DNA of 64,000 nucleotides from a virus (taxonomy: Duplodnaviria; Heunggongvirae; Uroviricota; Caudoviricetes), in IMG/VR virus record IMGVR_UViG_3300049919_000280, positions 19,682 through 83,681 of that record. One strand, written 5' to 3'. Below are positions 16,118 through 24,663 of the stretch, piece after piece. Position 1 is the first letter of the stretch. Each line of letters begins with the position of its first letter. Below the pieces are notes generated by a model. The model did not search any database, was not told where the DNA came from, and saw nothing but the letters and a program-made list of their open reading frames with translations. The translations under genes and the position numbers were made by a program.

Positions 16118-16303
16118 ATGGAAGATTACTACATCATAGTTGGTCGCCAGCAGGTGTTGAAGTCCGAGGCGAAATGCATCCAGTGCGGAGATCCGTTCAA
16201 GAATGGGGTTAATGTCTTCACTAGGGAAGGTCATGCCGAGATCGCCATTTCAGGGGTATGTGAGCGGTGCTTCGATGCCTTATTTGAAGACGATGAGGAA
16301 TGA
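16118..16303 (+). CDS. zinc-ribbon small protein (61 aa)
   Basis: CxxC ... CxxC pairs. Confidence 0.5.
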   Translation: MEDYYIIVGRQQVLKSEAKCIQCGDPFKNGVNVFTREGHAEIAISGVCERCFDALFEDDEE

Positions 16304-16306
16304 GGA

Positions 16307-16546
16307 ATGATGAACACACGAATTGAAGAATTGAAACAGCAGGCTATGGTTGAGGTTGTGGACACTTGTCCATACAATGGTATGCCAAGTGTATCAACGG
16401 AGTTGGACGTTGATAAGTTCGCCGAACTGATCGTTGATGCGATATGTGACATCGTGATTGAGTGTGACGAAAGCAAAAGGGCTAGTATGCGTGAACCGTA
16501 CTCATTTATTATGCGCCGCATCCAAGAAGAGTTTGGAGTAGAATGA
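16307..16546 (+). CDS. tandem paralog 1 of a small-protein family (ends EEFGVE)
   Basis: Shares M(M)NxRIEELK, KFAELI and the C-terminal HFGVE with the next three ORFs. Confidence 0.55.
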   Translation: MMNTRIEELKQQAMVEVVDTCPYNGMPSVSTELDVDKFAELIVDAICDIVIECDESKRASMREPYSFIMRRIQEEFGVE

Positions 16547-16782
16547 TGAATTTACGAATTAAAGACCTGTATTCATGTGCTGTGGCATACGCATTTGACC
16601 AGAGATTCATTGAATCGCCTGATGGCCCGAGAGAACTCCAAGCGGTAATTAATGAAAAGTTCGCTGAACTGATTATTAAGGAATGTTTATTCACCGGTGA
16701 ACAATATGCGGACGGATTAATTGATACGAACCATTACTCTTTTGTTAATATGAAGATTAAAGAACACTTTGGAGTAGAATGA
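16543..16782 (+). CDS. tandem paralog 2 (ends EHFGVE)
   Basis: ATGA overlap with paralog 1. Contains KFAELIIKEC. Confidence 0.55.
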   Translation: MMNLRIKDLYSCAVAYAFDQRFIESPDGPRELQAVINEKFAELIIKECLFTGEQYADGLIDTNHYSFVNMKIKEHFGVE

Positions 16783-16982
16783 TGCGCGAACGAATTAAGG
16801 AATTACTCACAAAATGCAATTACCCAACGGATGGTACTTGTGATCTAACTCGCGAAGAAAAGCTCACCAAATTGATCATTGAAGAAGTCATCAAAGTAGG
16901 AAAAGATGAGTTTACTAAAGATCACAGCATATTGCCGATCTTTCCGGCACATAAAATTCGTCAACATTTTGGGGTGGACTGA
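16779..16982 (+). CDS. tandem paralog 3 (ends QHFGVD)
   Basis: ATGA overlap with paralog 2. Confidence 0.55.
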   Translation: MMRERIKELLTKCNYPTDGTCDLTREEKLTKLIIEEVIKVGKDEFTKDHSILPIFPAHKIRQHFGVD

Positions 16983-16983
16983 T

Positions 16984-17166
16984 ATGAACAATCGAATTGA
17001 AGCACTATGGCTAGAAGCACATAAACGGGGTGGGATAGTTGGCATCGAAGAAATTGAAAAGTTCGCTGAACTGATTATCAAGGAATGTGCTAAAGTCATG
17101 AACGATAACGATTTTGATGATAGTACAATTGGTGATTGCATCAAAGAACACTTTGGAGTAGAATAA
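16984..17166 (+). CDS. tandem paralog 4 (ends EHFGVE), 60 aa
   Basis: MNNRIEALW ... KFAELIIKEC. The track's longer start overlaps paralog 3. Confidence 0.55.
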   Translation: MNNRIEALWLEAHKRGGIVGIEEIEKFAELIIKECAKVMNDNDFDDSTIGDCIKEHFGVE

Positions 17167-17459
17167 TGCAAGACCGTGAACTGATCGAATTCGCAGCAAA
17201 GGCATCTGGTATAGAAGGTTGGTGGGAGACTGAATACCTATCTTTCATTAAACGCTCCGGTGGTGTGTGGGCACCGCTAGACGATGATGGTGATGCCTTT
17301 CGCTTAGCAGTTAAGCTGCACCTTGGTGTTTTATCCGAGGACGTTTCTTCCGTTGCATGGGATTTTAACTTTCGAGAGGAAGTCACAAATAAAGATTCGT
17401 GTATGGCAACTCGTAGGGCAATCGTTCTATGCGCAGCAAAAATTGGAAAGGAAATGTAA
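17166..17459 (+). CDS. hypothetical protein (97 aa)
   Basis: TAATG overlap. Confidence 0.5.
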   Translation: MQDRELIEFAAKASGIEGWWETEYLSFIKRSGGVWAPLDDDGDAFRLAVKLHLGVLSEDVSSVAWDFNFREEVTNKDSCMATRRAIVLCAAKIGKEM

Positions 17460-17761
17460 TGAGAAAAAGTTTCAAAAAAGAAATCAAAAGAGTTTATCTA
17501 GAAGGTAACTTATTGGAGGTTAAGAACCTCATTGATGAATTGATCGAAATTCATGGGGCTTCCGCCACGCTAGAAGAAACAGAGCAATACTATATGTACG
17601 AGAATACCCCGGACAAGTACATCGCTCTATTCAAAATGGTAGAGGAAACCGAGGCTGAAATGGTGGTTCGTATCGCAAACGAAACTAAATTGAAACAAGA
17701 TCAAGATAAGCATGACCGTGCGCTACTTGAACAACTCAAGAAAAAACTAGGAGAGAAATAA
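17459..17761 (+). CDS. hypothetical protein (100 aa)
   Basis: TAATG overlap. Confidence 0.5.
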   Translation: MRKSFKKEIKRVYLEGNLLEVKNLIDELIEIHGASATLEETEQYYMYENTPDKYIALFKMVEETEAEMVVRIANETKLKQDQDKHDRALLEQLKKKLGEK

Positions 17762-18270
17762 TGGCATTAGAAATCGAAAGAAAATGGCTGATCAATCGAA
17801 TCCCAAATGGAATTCAGGATGGGTTCAGCATCAATGAAATTCGTCAAGCATACGTGCTAAACAAAGCACATACGGTGCTTCGAGTGCGTTCAATCAGAGA
17901 ACACCAAGACGGCGAAATGTTCAATGAGTATGGAGTCATTACAGTCAAAGGCCCATCTGATGTTGAAAACGCACCTAGGGAATATGAAATGGAGATTCCT
18001 ATCGATCTGGCCAATAATCTAATATCAGGATGCAATGTAGTTTTGCTGAAGCGTCGGCACAACATTCCATACGGCGAGCATTTAATTGAACTGGATATCT
18101 TTGAAGGTAAATTGAATGGGCTTATCGTCGCAGAGGTTGAGTTCTCCGGATTGGATGATAGGGATTCTTTCGTTGCACCTGATTGGTTTGGTCTCGAAGT
18201 AACAGGAATGCACACATATGCAAATTCTAACTTGATTAAGTTGGATAAGGCACCGGAAGAAATTCAATGA
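17761..18270 (+). CDS. CYTH-domain protein (triphosphate tunnel metalloenzyme family)
   Basis: The N-terminal EIERKW signature (ExExK) is characteristic of CYTH/CyaB-type enzymes. Confidence 0.55.
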   Translation: MALEIERKWLINRIPNGIQDGFSINEIRQAYVLNKAHTVLRVRSIREHQDGEMFNEYGVITVKGPSDVENAPREYEMEIPIDLANNLISGCNVVLLKRRHNIPYGEHLIELDIFEGKLNGLIVAEVEFSGLDDRDSFVAPDWFGLEVTGMHTYANSNLIKLDKAPEEIQ

Positions 18271-18524
18271 GATATGTGATGCAATATGATGTTGGTGATG
18301 GTTATACTTGGTACGGCACGGAAAATGTCCCTATTGAATTTGACGGGGATAAGGAAACCTTAGCGGCTGCGTTCCTTGTGGCACTTGACGAAAAAAAGTA
18401 CCACACAAATTGTGGTGAATTTACTTTCGCAGGTGAGAATTTTCAGTCATGCGATTTTTATGAGAATGGTCAGTTTATTGAGCCACGCTTTTTGACTGTC
18501 GATGAATGGTTTGGGGTAAAATAA
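18267..18524 (+). CDS. hypothetical protein (85 aa)
   Basis: ATGA overlap. Confidence 0.5.
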   Translation: MRYVMQYDVGDGYTWYGTENVPIEFDGDKETLAAAFLVALDEKKYHTNCGEFTFAGENFQSCDFYENGQFIEPRFLTVDEWFGVK

Positions 18525-18775
18525 TGCAATACATTTTGAGTGAAGAAGAGTACGAAGCTTTGCAATCGAAGCAAACGGAACAATTGCAGTTGAACAATAA
18601 GAAACTACAAGCACTATGCACAAAGATCGCAAACGAAATGCCAGTCAAATGGGGCTGGGGTGGGCCAGACCCTAAACCATGGGGATGTAAGTTGACAGAC
18701 GAAGATGAATGGCACTGCGATAAATGTCCAGTGAGCGAAATTTGTCCTTCTGATGATAAAGATTGGAGTAAATAA
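18524..18775 (+). CDS. hypothetical Cys-containing protein (83 aa)
   Basis: TAATG overlap. Motif CDKCPVSEIC. Confidence 0.5.
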   Translation: MQYILSEEEYEALQSKQTEQLQLNNKKLQALCTKIANEMPVKWGWGGPDPKPWGCKLTDEDEWHCDKCPVSEICPSDDKDWSK

Positions 18776-19236
18776 TGATTGGCGCTAAGAGAATTATAAC
18801 TAGATCAGAATCTTTCAGTTGGATCGACAAACTCGCGGGCAAGACAATCAAGGAAGCATACGACATATTGGAAAGTGCCCAAGCGAAATATGGAAGCAAT
18901 GCAGTGTTGGAGTGTGAGCATCACGATTATTATGCTACGAGTTGTGTGGAAGTGACACGGGAAGAAACCGACGAAGAGTACAATTCTCGCATTCGGAAAG
19001 AAGAAATGATGGCGGCAAGTCTGCTCGCAAGAGAACGCATCGAGTTTGAACGGCTGTCTGAAAAATTTGCTACGGAAGAAAATAAGCCGATGCCGATGGG
19101 GTATGATGATTGGTGTAAAATCACTAAGCCGGTATATGAACCATTGATCCTGAGTTTTGGTAACGAGGATGTCATCAACAACTTTCTGCATCGCAAGTAC
19201 AAAGAGTATGTAATTCAATTTAATAATGGAGTATAA
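18775..19236 (+). CDS. hypothetical protein (153 aa)
   Basis: ORF. Confidence 0.55.
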   Translation: MIGAKRIITRSESFSWIDKLAGKTIKEAYDILESAQAKYGSNAVLECEHHDYYATSCVEVTREETDEEYNSRIRKEEMMAASLLARERIEFERLSEKFATEENKPMPMGYDDWCKITKPVYEPLILSFGNEDVINNFLHRKYKEYVIQFNNGV

Positions 19237-19238
19237 TT

Positions 19239-19376
19239 ATGAAAAAGGAAATTGAACTGCTCGAAAAGGTTGTTATGTATGAGGGTACCGAATACGGTGA
19301 AATGCTTCAGGTATTGCTTCTGTTAGAATCCAAATCAGCGCATTACTCGGAAGCACTTTATGCGGCATATCGGTAA
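19239..19376 (+). CDS. small protein (45 aa) whose last 6 codons lie inside the 112-bp repeat
   Basis: Ends YAAYR*, the same C-terminus as the ORF ending at 20580. Confidence 0.35.
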   Translation: MKKEIELLEKVVMYEGTEYGEMLQVLLLLESKSAHYSEALYAAYR

Positions 19377-19470
19377 AAGTTATTTGTTTTCAATGAGTTA
19401 TATTAATGGTTGACGGATACCCTTGCATTTGTTAATATTCGTTATCGAAAAGTAAACGAGGCAACAAAAT
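19359..19470 (+). repeat. 112-bp perfect direct repeat, copy 1, containing the TCAATGAGTTAT box and the promoter TTGACG-N17-TAATAT
   Basis: Checked base by base as identical to 20563-20674. Confidence 0.9.
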
Positions 19471-19497
19471 TTGGGTTCGCTCTAAAGAAGAGGATGA

Positions 19498-19680
19498 ATG
19501 ATGGCTAAAGTAATCGGGTTTGATGAAAAGGTGTATAAGAAATTCACTTGTCGAGATTGCGGTGCGATTGTTCAATATGCACCTAATGAAGAAAAGTGGA
19601 ACGGTCTGCGCGATGAAGGAACGCAGATTTTCGGGCTCGATTGCCCAAATTGTGGCAAATTCCATAGGACGAATCCGTGA
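19498..19680 (+). CDS. zinc-ribbon small protein (60 aa)
   Basis: CRDCG ... CPNCG. Confidence 0.5.
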   Translation: MMAKVIGFDEKVYKKFTCRDCGAIVQYAPNEEKWNGLRDEGTQIFGLDCPNCGKFHRTNP

Positions 19681-19928
19681 AACCGTGCCCGTTTTGCGGT
19701 AAAGAGGTTGATATGGAAGACCCAGATACTTGCTATCCAACTGGAACCGGTTGGAAGATTTTTAAGAACGGCGAAGATGAAATGCGTTCATATCACAACT
19801 TCAGAGACGTACCAAAAGAACAATGGTGCTATTCGTTGCATTGCTTACCGCATGCTGGCGGGTGTGGTGCTGAAATGCACGGTGATAGCAAAGAAGAAGT
19901 GATTGAAAATTGGAATCGAAGAACATGA
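19677..19928 (+). CDS. Lar-family (restriction alleviation) like protein (83 aa)
   Basis: N-terminal MKPCPFCG and C-terminal EEVIENWNRR resemble Lar-family proteins. Confidence 0.5.
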   Translation: MKPCPFCGKEVDMEDPDTCYPTGTGWKIFKNGEDEMRSYHNFRDVPKEQWCYSLHCLPHAGGCGAEMHGDSKEEVIENWNRRT

Positions 19929-20116
19929 AAACAAAGTTTAACTATGGTGTGGGGCATTATTGGGACGAGGGTGAGGGTTCAGTTGGACTCTACACTTACC
20001 ACAATGATATGTTCTTTGGCACGATGAAAGAGGCAAAGAAGTTTCGTGAGTATGTGAAGAAACAGAGTCCAGATCGTGAGTGGAAAATCTTTCAATTGGT
20101 GGAGGTGCCAGAATGA
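19925..20116 (+). CDS. hypothetical protein (63 aa)
   Basis: ATGA overlaps at both ends. Confidence 0.45.
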   Translation: MKTKFNYGVGHYWDEGEGSVGLYTYHNDMFFGTMKEAKKFREYVKKQSPDREWKIFQLVEVPE

Positions 20117-20580
20117 ATACTTTTATCAAAGCACCTGAGCGGTTCGTGAGAACCACCAGACACGACAAACGACCAACCATATTTCTGGCCGGCGGAATCA
20201 CTGGGTGTCGCAACTGGCAACAAGATGTTGAGAATAAACTCTCTGACAACCTTGATGCTGTAATATTCAATCCTAGACAAGCAGACTTCGATGTTCGCGA
20301 TCCTAAAGGTAGCGAGAAGCAAATTGAATGGGAACATTATCACCTAGAAATTGCCGAATACGTCCTGTTCTGGTTTCCTGCAGAAGGGCAATGCATGATC
20401 ACCCTATTCGAATTGGGTAAGTGCCTTGCCGGTGGAAAGAAGGTGATTCTTGGGTGTCATCCAGACTACGTGAGATATATCGACGTGGTAGTTCAATCGA
20501 GATTGATGCAACCTGATATTATGATTGCCGAAGACCTAGACGAACTTGTTGCCTTTATTGAGTATGCGGCATATCGGTAA
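20113..20580 (+). CDS. nucleoside 2-deoxyribosyltransferase-like protein (155 aa)
   Basis: The pattern IFLAGGITG ... W ... E ... LF resembles the Nuc_deoxyrib_tr-like (DUF4406) fold. Its final codons lie inside repeat copy 2. Confidence 0.5.
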   Translation: MNTFIKAPERFVRTTRHDKRPTIFLAGGITGCRNWQQDVENKLSDNLDAVIFNPRQADFDVRDPKGSEKQIEWEHYHLEIAEYVLFWFPAEGQCMITLFELGKCLAGGKKVILGCHPDYVRYIDVVVQSRLMQPDIMIAEDLDELVAFIEYAAYR

Positions 20581-20674
20581 AAGTTATTTGTTTTCAATGA
20601 GTTATATTAATGGTTGACGGATACCCTTGCATTTGTTAATATTCGTTATCGAAAAGTAAACGAGGCAACAAAAT
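20563..20674 (+). repeat. 112-bp perfect direct repeat, copy 2
   Basis: Identical to 19359-19470. The two copies bracket 1.1 kb carrying the Zn-ribbon, Lar-like, 63-aa and NDT-like genes. Confidence 0.9.
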
Positions 20675-20843
20675 GCGTATTTTTGAATTGGTTGGATTCT
20701 ACGATGGTGGGGAAGAACCAGAATACCGTAAAATATGTGCTTCATTAGAAGAGTCCGAAGCACAAATGCGGATTGAGATTCAAGCTTACACGTATAAAGG
20801 TGAGTGCAAATGGGAGTTTAAGATAAATGAGGTTGAATTATGA
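20673..20843 (+). CDS. small protein (56 aa)
   Basis: ATG directly after the repeat. Confidence 0.4.
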   Translation: MRIFELVGFYDGGEEPEYRKICASLEESEAQMRIEIQAYTYKGECKWEFKINEVEL

Positions 20844-21013
20844 AGAATCATGATGAAAATGAGTTGGCTGCACTGAAAGAAGAATTTAACGCCTTGATGG
20901 GCAAGTCAATGACGGTTGGTGAACGATTTAGCAATGAGGGGCAGGCAAAGATTGACCGAATTTGCGATCTGCGCGACATACTAAACCTGTGGAATTTTGA
21001 GGATCGGGCATGA
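20840..21013 (+). CDS. small protein (57 aa)
   Basis: ATGA overlap. Confidence 0.4.
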   Translation: MKNHDENELAALKEEFNALMGKSMTVGERFSNEGQAKIDRICDLRDILNLWNFEDRA

Positions 21014-21381
21014 AACGAGAAACAAAATCAGAACGGTTGGCTAGGCTCGAAGCAATTCGAGAAGCTGAAGCTGCTGTTGAGAAAGCACAGTATCCCATGA
21101 CCTTGATGGAAACCATGATGCTCGCTAGTAAAGCTGGTGCTAGCATCTTCGTGGAGGATGTGTCCACATTCAGTGTTACCATCACAGACCAGTGGGATGA
21201 CAGGGTTGAATTTTTTGTTGGAGTAGAACATTCCCAAGCATATGTCGACTCACTCGATCAATTGCGATATACTGCACTATCTAGGATTGAGAAGGAAGCA
21301 GCGGCAAAGGCGTTGTATGACGCTCGGTTAGCCGCACTAGCAAAATTGACTAATGCAGAACGAGAAATTCTAGGAGTTTGA
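21010..21381 (+). CDS. hypothetical protein (123 aa)
   Basis: ORF. Confidence 0.55.
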   Translation: MKRETKSERLARLEAIREAEAAVEKAQYPMTLMETMMLASKAGASIFVEDVSTFSVTITDQWDDRVEFFVGVEHSQAYVDSLDQLRYTALSRIEKEAAAKALYDARLAALAKLTNAEREILGV

Positions 21382-21382
21382 A

Positions 21383-22186
21383 ATGAGTGTAAAATTATTT
21401 GGTGGGAATCAGTTCATCGAGCTTAAATGGTGGGATTTCCCTGCAGGCGAGCGTGGGGTTAAGATCGTTGATCCGTTGGATATTGAGCGATACAAGTCAT
21501 TCACGGTGCATTGCTTGTTCAAGGGTTCGAGCGACCTGATTGATGTTATGCTTCTGGTAAATGCCTGCCGTAATGTTATGGGAACGGTGAAGTTGCGTCT
21601 GCAGATTCCATATTTTCCTTATGCTCGGCAGGATCGGGTTTCTGTTGCAGGAGAATCGTTTTCATTGCAGATTGCTGCGGATGTCATCAAGTCATGCAAC
21701 TTCTATGAGGTTGAAGTCTGGGATGCACATAGTGACGTTCTTGCTGGAATGTTTCCAGCAGGTGTCTTGAAGAATAAGACACAAGCTGAACTGGCAGATA
21801 TCTTTTTCATTCTAGGCGGATATTCTTCTGATCAGGTTGCCATCATTTCACCTGACGCTGGAGCCCTGAAGAAAATTTATGCGGTTGCCAAGCGGATCAA
21901 TTGTGATGTAATTTGTGCAAGCAAGAATCGTGATCCGAAGACTGGCAATATCACTGAGACGACGATTGACAGCAGTGAGTTTCATCGGTATGATAGAATG
22001 GTAATTGTGGATGATATCTTAGATGGCGGAAAAACATTTTTGGATTTGGGTAATCTCATTCGAAAAACATATTCCGGAGAACTTGGGTTGCACGTAACAC
22101 ACGGGCTATTTACCAAGGGTAAGGATGCGCTTCTGGAAAATTTTGATGGTATTAGCGCGGCCATCGACTACACTGAAACTAATTGA
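21383..22186 (+). CDS. truncated ribose-phosphate pyrophosphokinase (Prs) homolog; candidate ADP-ribose pyrophosphokinase (Adps)
   Basis: VKLFGGNQFIEL, IPYFPYARQDRV, IISPDAGAL and VIVDDILDGGKTF align with E. coli Prs MKLFAGNATPEL, IPYFGYARQDRR, VVSPDIGGV and VLVDDMIDTGGTL. It is 267 aa versus 315. Confidence 0.7.
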   Translation: MSVKLFGGNQFIELKWWDFPAGERGVKIVDPLDIERYKSFTVHCLFKGSSDLIDVMLLVNACRNVMGTVKLRLQIPYFPYARQDRVSVAGESFSLQIAADVIKSCNFYEVEVWDAHSDVLAGMFPAGVLKNKTQAELADIFFILGGYSSDQVAIISPDAGALKKIYAVAKRINCDVICASKNRDPKTGNITETTIDSSEFHRYDRMVIVDDILDGGKTFLDLGNLIRKTYSGELGLHVTHGLFTKGKDALLENFDGISAAIDYTETN

Positions 22187-22197
22187 GGAGTAATATT

Positions 22198-23946
22198 ATG
22201 GGACGATTTAAGCAGACTGCATTGACTTCAGTGGATAGTTACAAAACGGCACATGCCGATATGCTACCCACTGGAACTGAGCAAATTTACAGCAACTTCA
22301 CTCCTCGTTCAATGAAGCACTTCAATGTGCCGGAAGAGTACAAGGCAGACAAGAAGATCGTTTGGGTTGGCCTGCAGGCATTCATGTACGAGTTGAAGGA
22401 AGTGTGGCAAGAGACCTTCTTCGAGCGTCATGTTGATGCGGTATGTAATGAATTTTCTGAATTCGTCGCCCCGTTTGCTGGCCCTCGTGGCTTCAACATT
22501 GAACGGGTTCGCGCATTACACAAACTTGGGTATCTGCCAATTCGCATCAAGTCACTACCAGAAGGTTCGCGGGTTAATGTTGGAGTTCCATGCCTGACTA
22601 TCACCAACACGGTAAGCGAATTTGCATGGCTTACGAACTATCTGGAAACTTGGATTAGTTGCGAAATGTGGAAGATTTGTACGAGTGCCACTACCGCTGC
22701 AGTGTATCGCAAGATTTGTGAGAAATATGCAGACCTTACTGGTGGATCGAAGGAATTCATTCAATGGCAATGCCATAATTTTGCGGATCGTGGGCAAAGT
22801 GGAATCCAAGATGCTGCGAAGTCTGGTGTTGGTCACTTGCTGAGTTTCACCGGCACAGATTCATTGTCTTCTGTTAAGCTGATCAATGACGTTTATGAAG
22901 GCAAAAAGACATTTGTTGGCGGTAGTGTTCCTGCCTCCGAACATATGGTGCAATGTGCAGGTTCGATGGAAGGTGAGTTGGAAACATATCGTCGCCTGAT
23001 CAAGGATTACCCTAGCGGTGTTGTTTCTATCGTGTCAGATACTTGGAATTTTTGGGATGTCATCACTAAGACTGCAGCTACTCTGAAAGAAGAAATTCTT
23101 GCTCGGGTTCCTGATCAGTTTGGATTGGCAAAGGTCGTGTTCCGCCCAGATTCTGGTGATCCGGTTGATATCATTTGTGGCGATGAAATTCGTGATATTT
23201 CTAGCTATCTAACCGAAAATTCGACAATTGAAGCGATAGGTGCGGAAGCGGTAGATTTCCTAAGCGGTGCAGTATTTATCAAAACCCCTCATGGTGAGTG
23301 TGGTGACAGCAGCCCCTCAGCGATATTCAAATGTTTCGGTAAATACTACAAAGTAACAGCTAACATCGAATGGAATCGTTACGACAAGCAGTATTATTAC
23401 ATCGATGGCAGCAACCTAGAATCAATTGAAGAAGTCCAATTGTCTCCGGCGCAAAAGGGCGCAGTAGAATGTCTCGCTGAAATTTTTGGCACCACCACTA
23501 ATGACAAGGGATTCAAAACTCTGAATCAACGAGTTGGTTTGATTTATGGCGACAGCATCACTCCGCAGCGTGCCATTGCGATTTTCGAGCGACTTGCAGC
23601 TAAGGGATATGCCAGCGACAATATCGTTTTTGGGGTGGGTAGTTATACTTACTCCTATGTAACTCGGGACTCACTAGGTTTCGCAATGAAGGCAACTAAC
23701 GTCGTTATCAATGGCGAAAGTCGAGCGATTTTCAAAGACCCAGCCACTGACACTGACAAGACCAAGAAGTCTGCAAAGGGTCTTCTTCGAGTTGATCGAG
23801 TTGGCAAGGACTTTGTGCTGCGGGATAACGTCACTGCAGAAGAGGAAGCTGGTGGCGAGTTGAAAGTCGTGTTTGAAAACGGCAACATCTTGTCGAGAGA
23901 GAACTTTGCGGACATGCGCAGCCGTTTGGAATTGGCTTCTCAGTAG
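22198..23946 (+). CDS. nicotinamide phosphoribosyltransferase family enzyme (Nampt/NadV-like; candidate Namat)
   Basis: The N-terminal TDSYKTAH motif matches Nampt TDSYK. Large (582 aa) and directly 3' of the Prs homolog. Confidence 0.6.
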   Translation: MGRFKQTALTSVDSYKTAHADMLPTGTEQIYSNFTPRSMKHFNVPEEYKADKKIVWVGLQAFMYELKEVWQETFFERHVDAVCNEFSEFVAPFAGPRGFNIERVRALHKLGYLPIRIKSLPEGSRVNVGVPCLTITNTVSEFAWLTNYLETWISCEMWKICTSATTAAVYRKICEKYADLTGGSKEFIQWQCHNFADRGQSGIQDAAKSGVGHLLSFTGTDSLSSVKLINDVYEGKKTFVGGSVPASEHMVQCAGSMEGELETYRRLIKDYPSGVVSIVSDTWNFWDVITKTAATLKEEILARVPDQFGLAKVVFRPDSGDPVDIICGDEIRDISSYLTENSTIEAIGAEAVDFLSGAVFIKTPHGECGDSSPSAIFKCFGKYYKVTANIEWNRYDKQYYYIDGSNLESIEEVQLSPAQKGAVECLAEIFGTTTNDKGFKTLNQRVGLIYGDSITPQRAIAIFERLAAKGYASDNIVFGVGSYTYSYVTRDSLGFAMKATNVVINGESRAIFKDPATDTDKTKKSAKGLLRVDRVGKDFVLRDNVTAEEEAGGELKVVFENGNILSRENFADMRSRLELASQ

Positions 23947-23956
23947 GAGATTTGAC

Positions 23957-24166
23957 ATGGATCGATTCGATTTAGAGCAGCAGATTATGGAATGTTGGAA
24001 CGTTACTTCTGACATTAAGACATTGGCCGAGGGTGTGCTGGAAACTGATATATCAAAGGATCAGGTGGCTAATGTTCTTATTGGTATGGAAGAACTTTAT
24101 AACATTCGATTCGACAAACTCTTCCGCACATACGAACAGTTGATCCGGAGCCATCAACTCAAGTAA
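23957..24166 (+). CDS. hypothetical protein (69 aa)
   Basis: ORF. Confidence 0.45.
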   Translation: MDRFDLEQQIMECWNVTSDIKTLAEGVLETDISKDQVANVLIGMEELYNIRFDKLFRTYEQLIRSHQLK

Positions 24167-24188
24167 GTTAAAATATACTTAAAAACAA

Positions 24189-24226
24189 GGAGTTACGTGA
24201 TTATTTGCGTAACTCCTTTTCTTTTG
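24189..24226 (+). terminator. terminator ggagttacg-N10-cgtaactcc plus TTTTCTTTTGG, followed by an extended -10 TGgTATTAT and a CCGAAACATCGG leader with no ORF
   Basis: 9-bp perfect stem. The unit that follows (24227-24300) has no start codon, so it may be an orphan leader or small RNA. Confidence 0.6.
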
Positions 24227-24313
24227 GTATTATTGATGTTCCGAAACATCGGTAGTTGTAAAGAAGTGGCGATCTTTCGTAACATCAATAAAATCAACGA
24301 GTTACAATTTGAC

Positions 24314-24342
24314 TTGACTTAAAGAACCGGCATCTGTAGAAT
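24314..24342 (+). promoter_or_regulatory. promoter TTGACT(TTGACT)-N17-TAGAAT with AAAATCAACGAGTTAC box (24290-24305)
   Basis: Cassette member with a tandem -35. Confidence 0.55.
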
Positions 24343-24369
24343 TCATTACATCGAATCAACGCACGGAGA

Positions 24370-24654
24370 ATGACCATGAAAACCAAGACCTACAAGTTTT
24401 ACTCAGATTCCGGCCATGGTTGGCTTGCTGTTAAGCGTACCGAGCTTATCAAGCTTGGCATCCTCGATAAGATCAGTCATTATTCTTATCAGCGTGGTGA
24501 GACAAAATATCTAGAAGAGGATTGCGACATGTCTATCTTCTTCAAGGCAAAGGGGTGGACTGCCGAAGACTTCAAGACTAACGTTGTTGAAGGTAAGTTT
24601 CAGGATCGTTCCCCGATTCGCAGCTATGAGTCGTTTTCAGATAAGGTAGCATAA
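24370..24654 (+). CDS. hypothetical protein (94 aa)
   Basis: Leader cggagaatgaccATG. Confidence 0.55.
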   Translation: MTMKTKTYKFYSDSGHGWLAVKRTELIKLGILDKISHYSYQRGETKYLEEDCDMSIFFKAKGWTAEDFKTNVVEGKFQDRSPIRSYESFSDKVA

Positions 24655-24663
24655 GGAATTATA

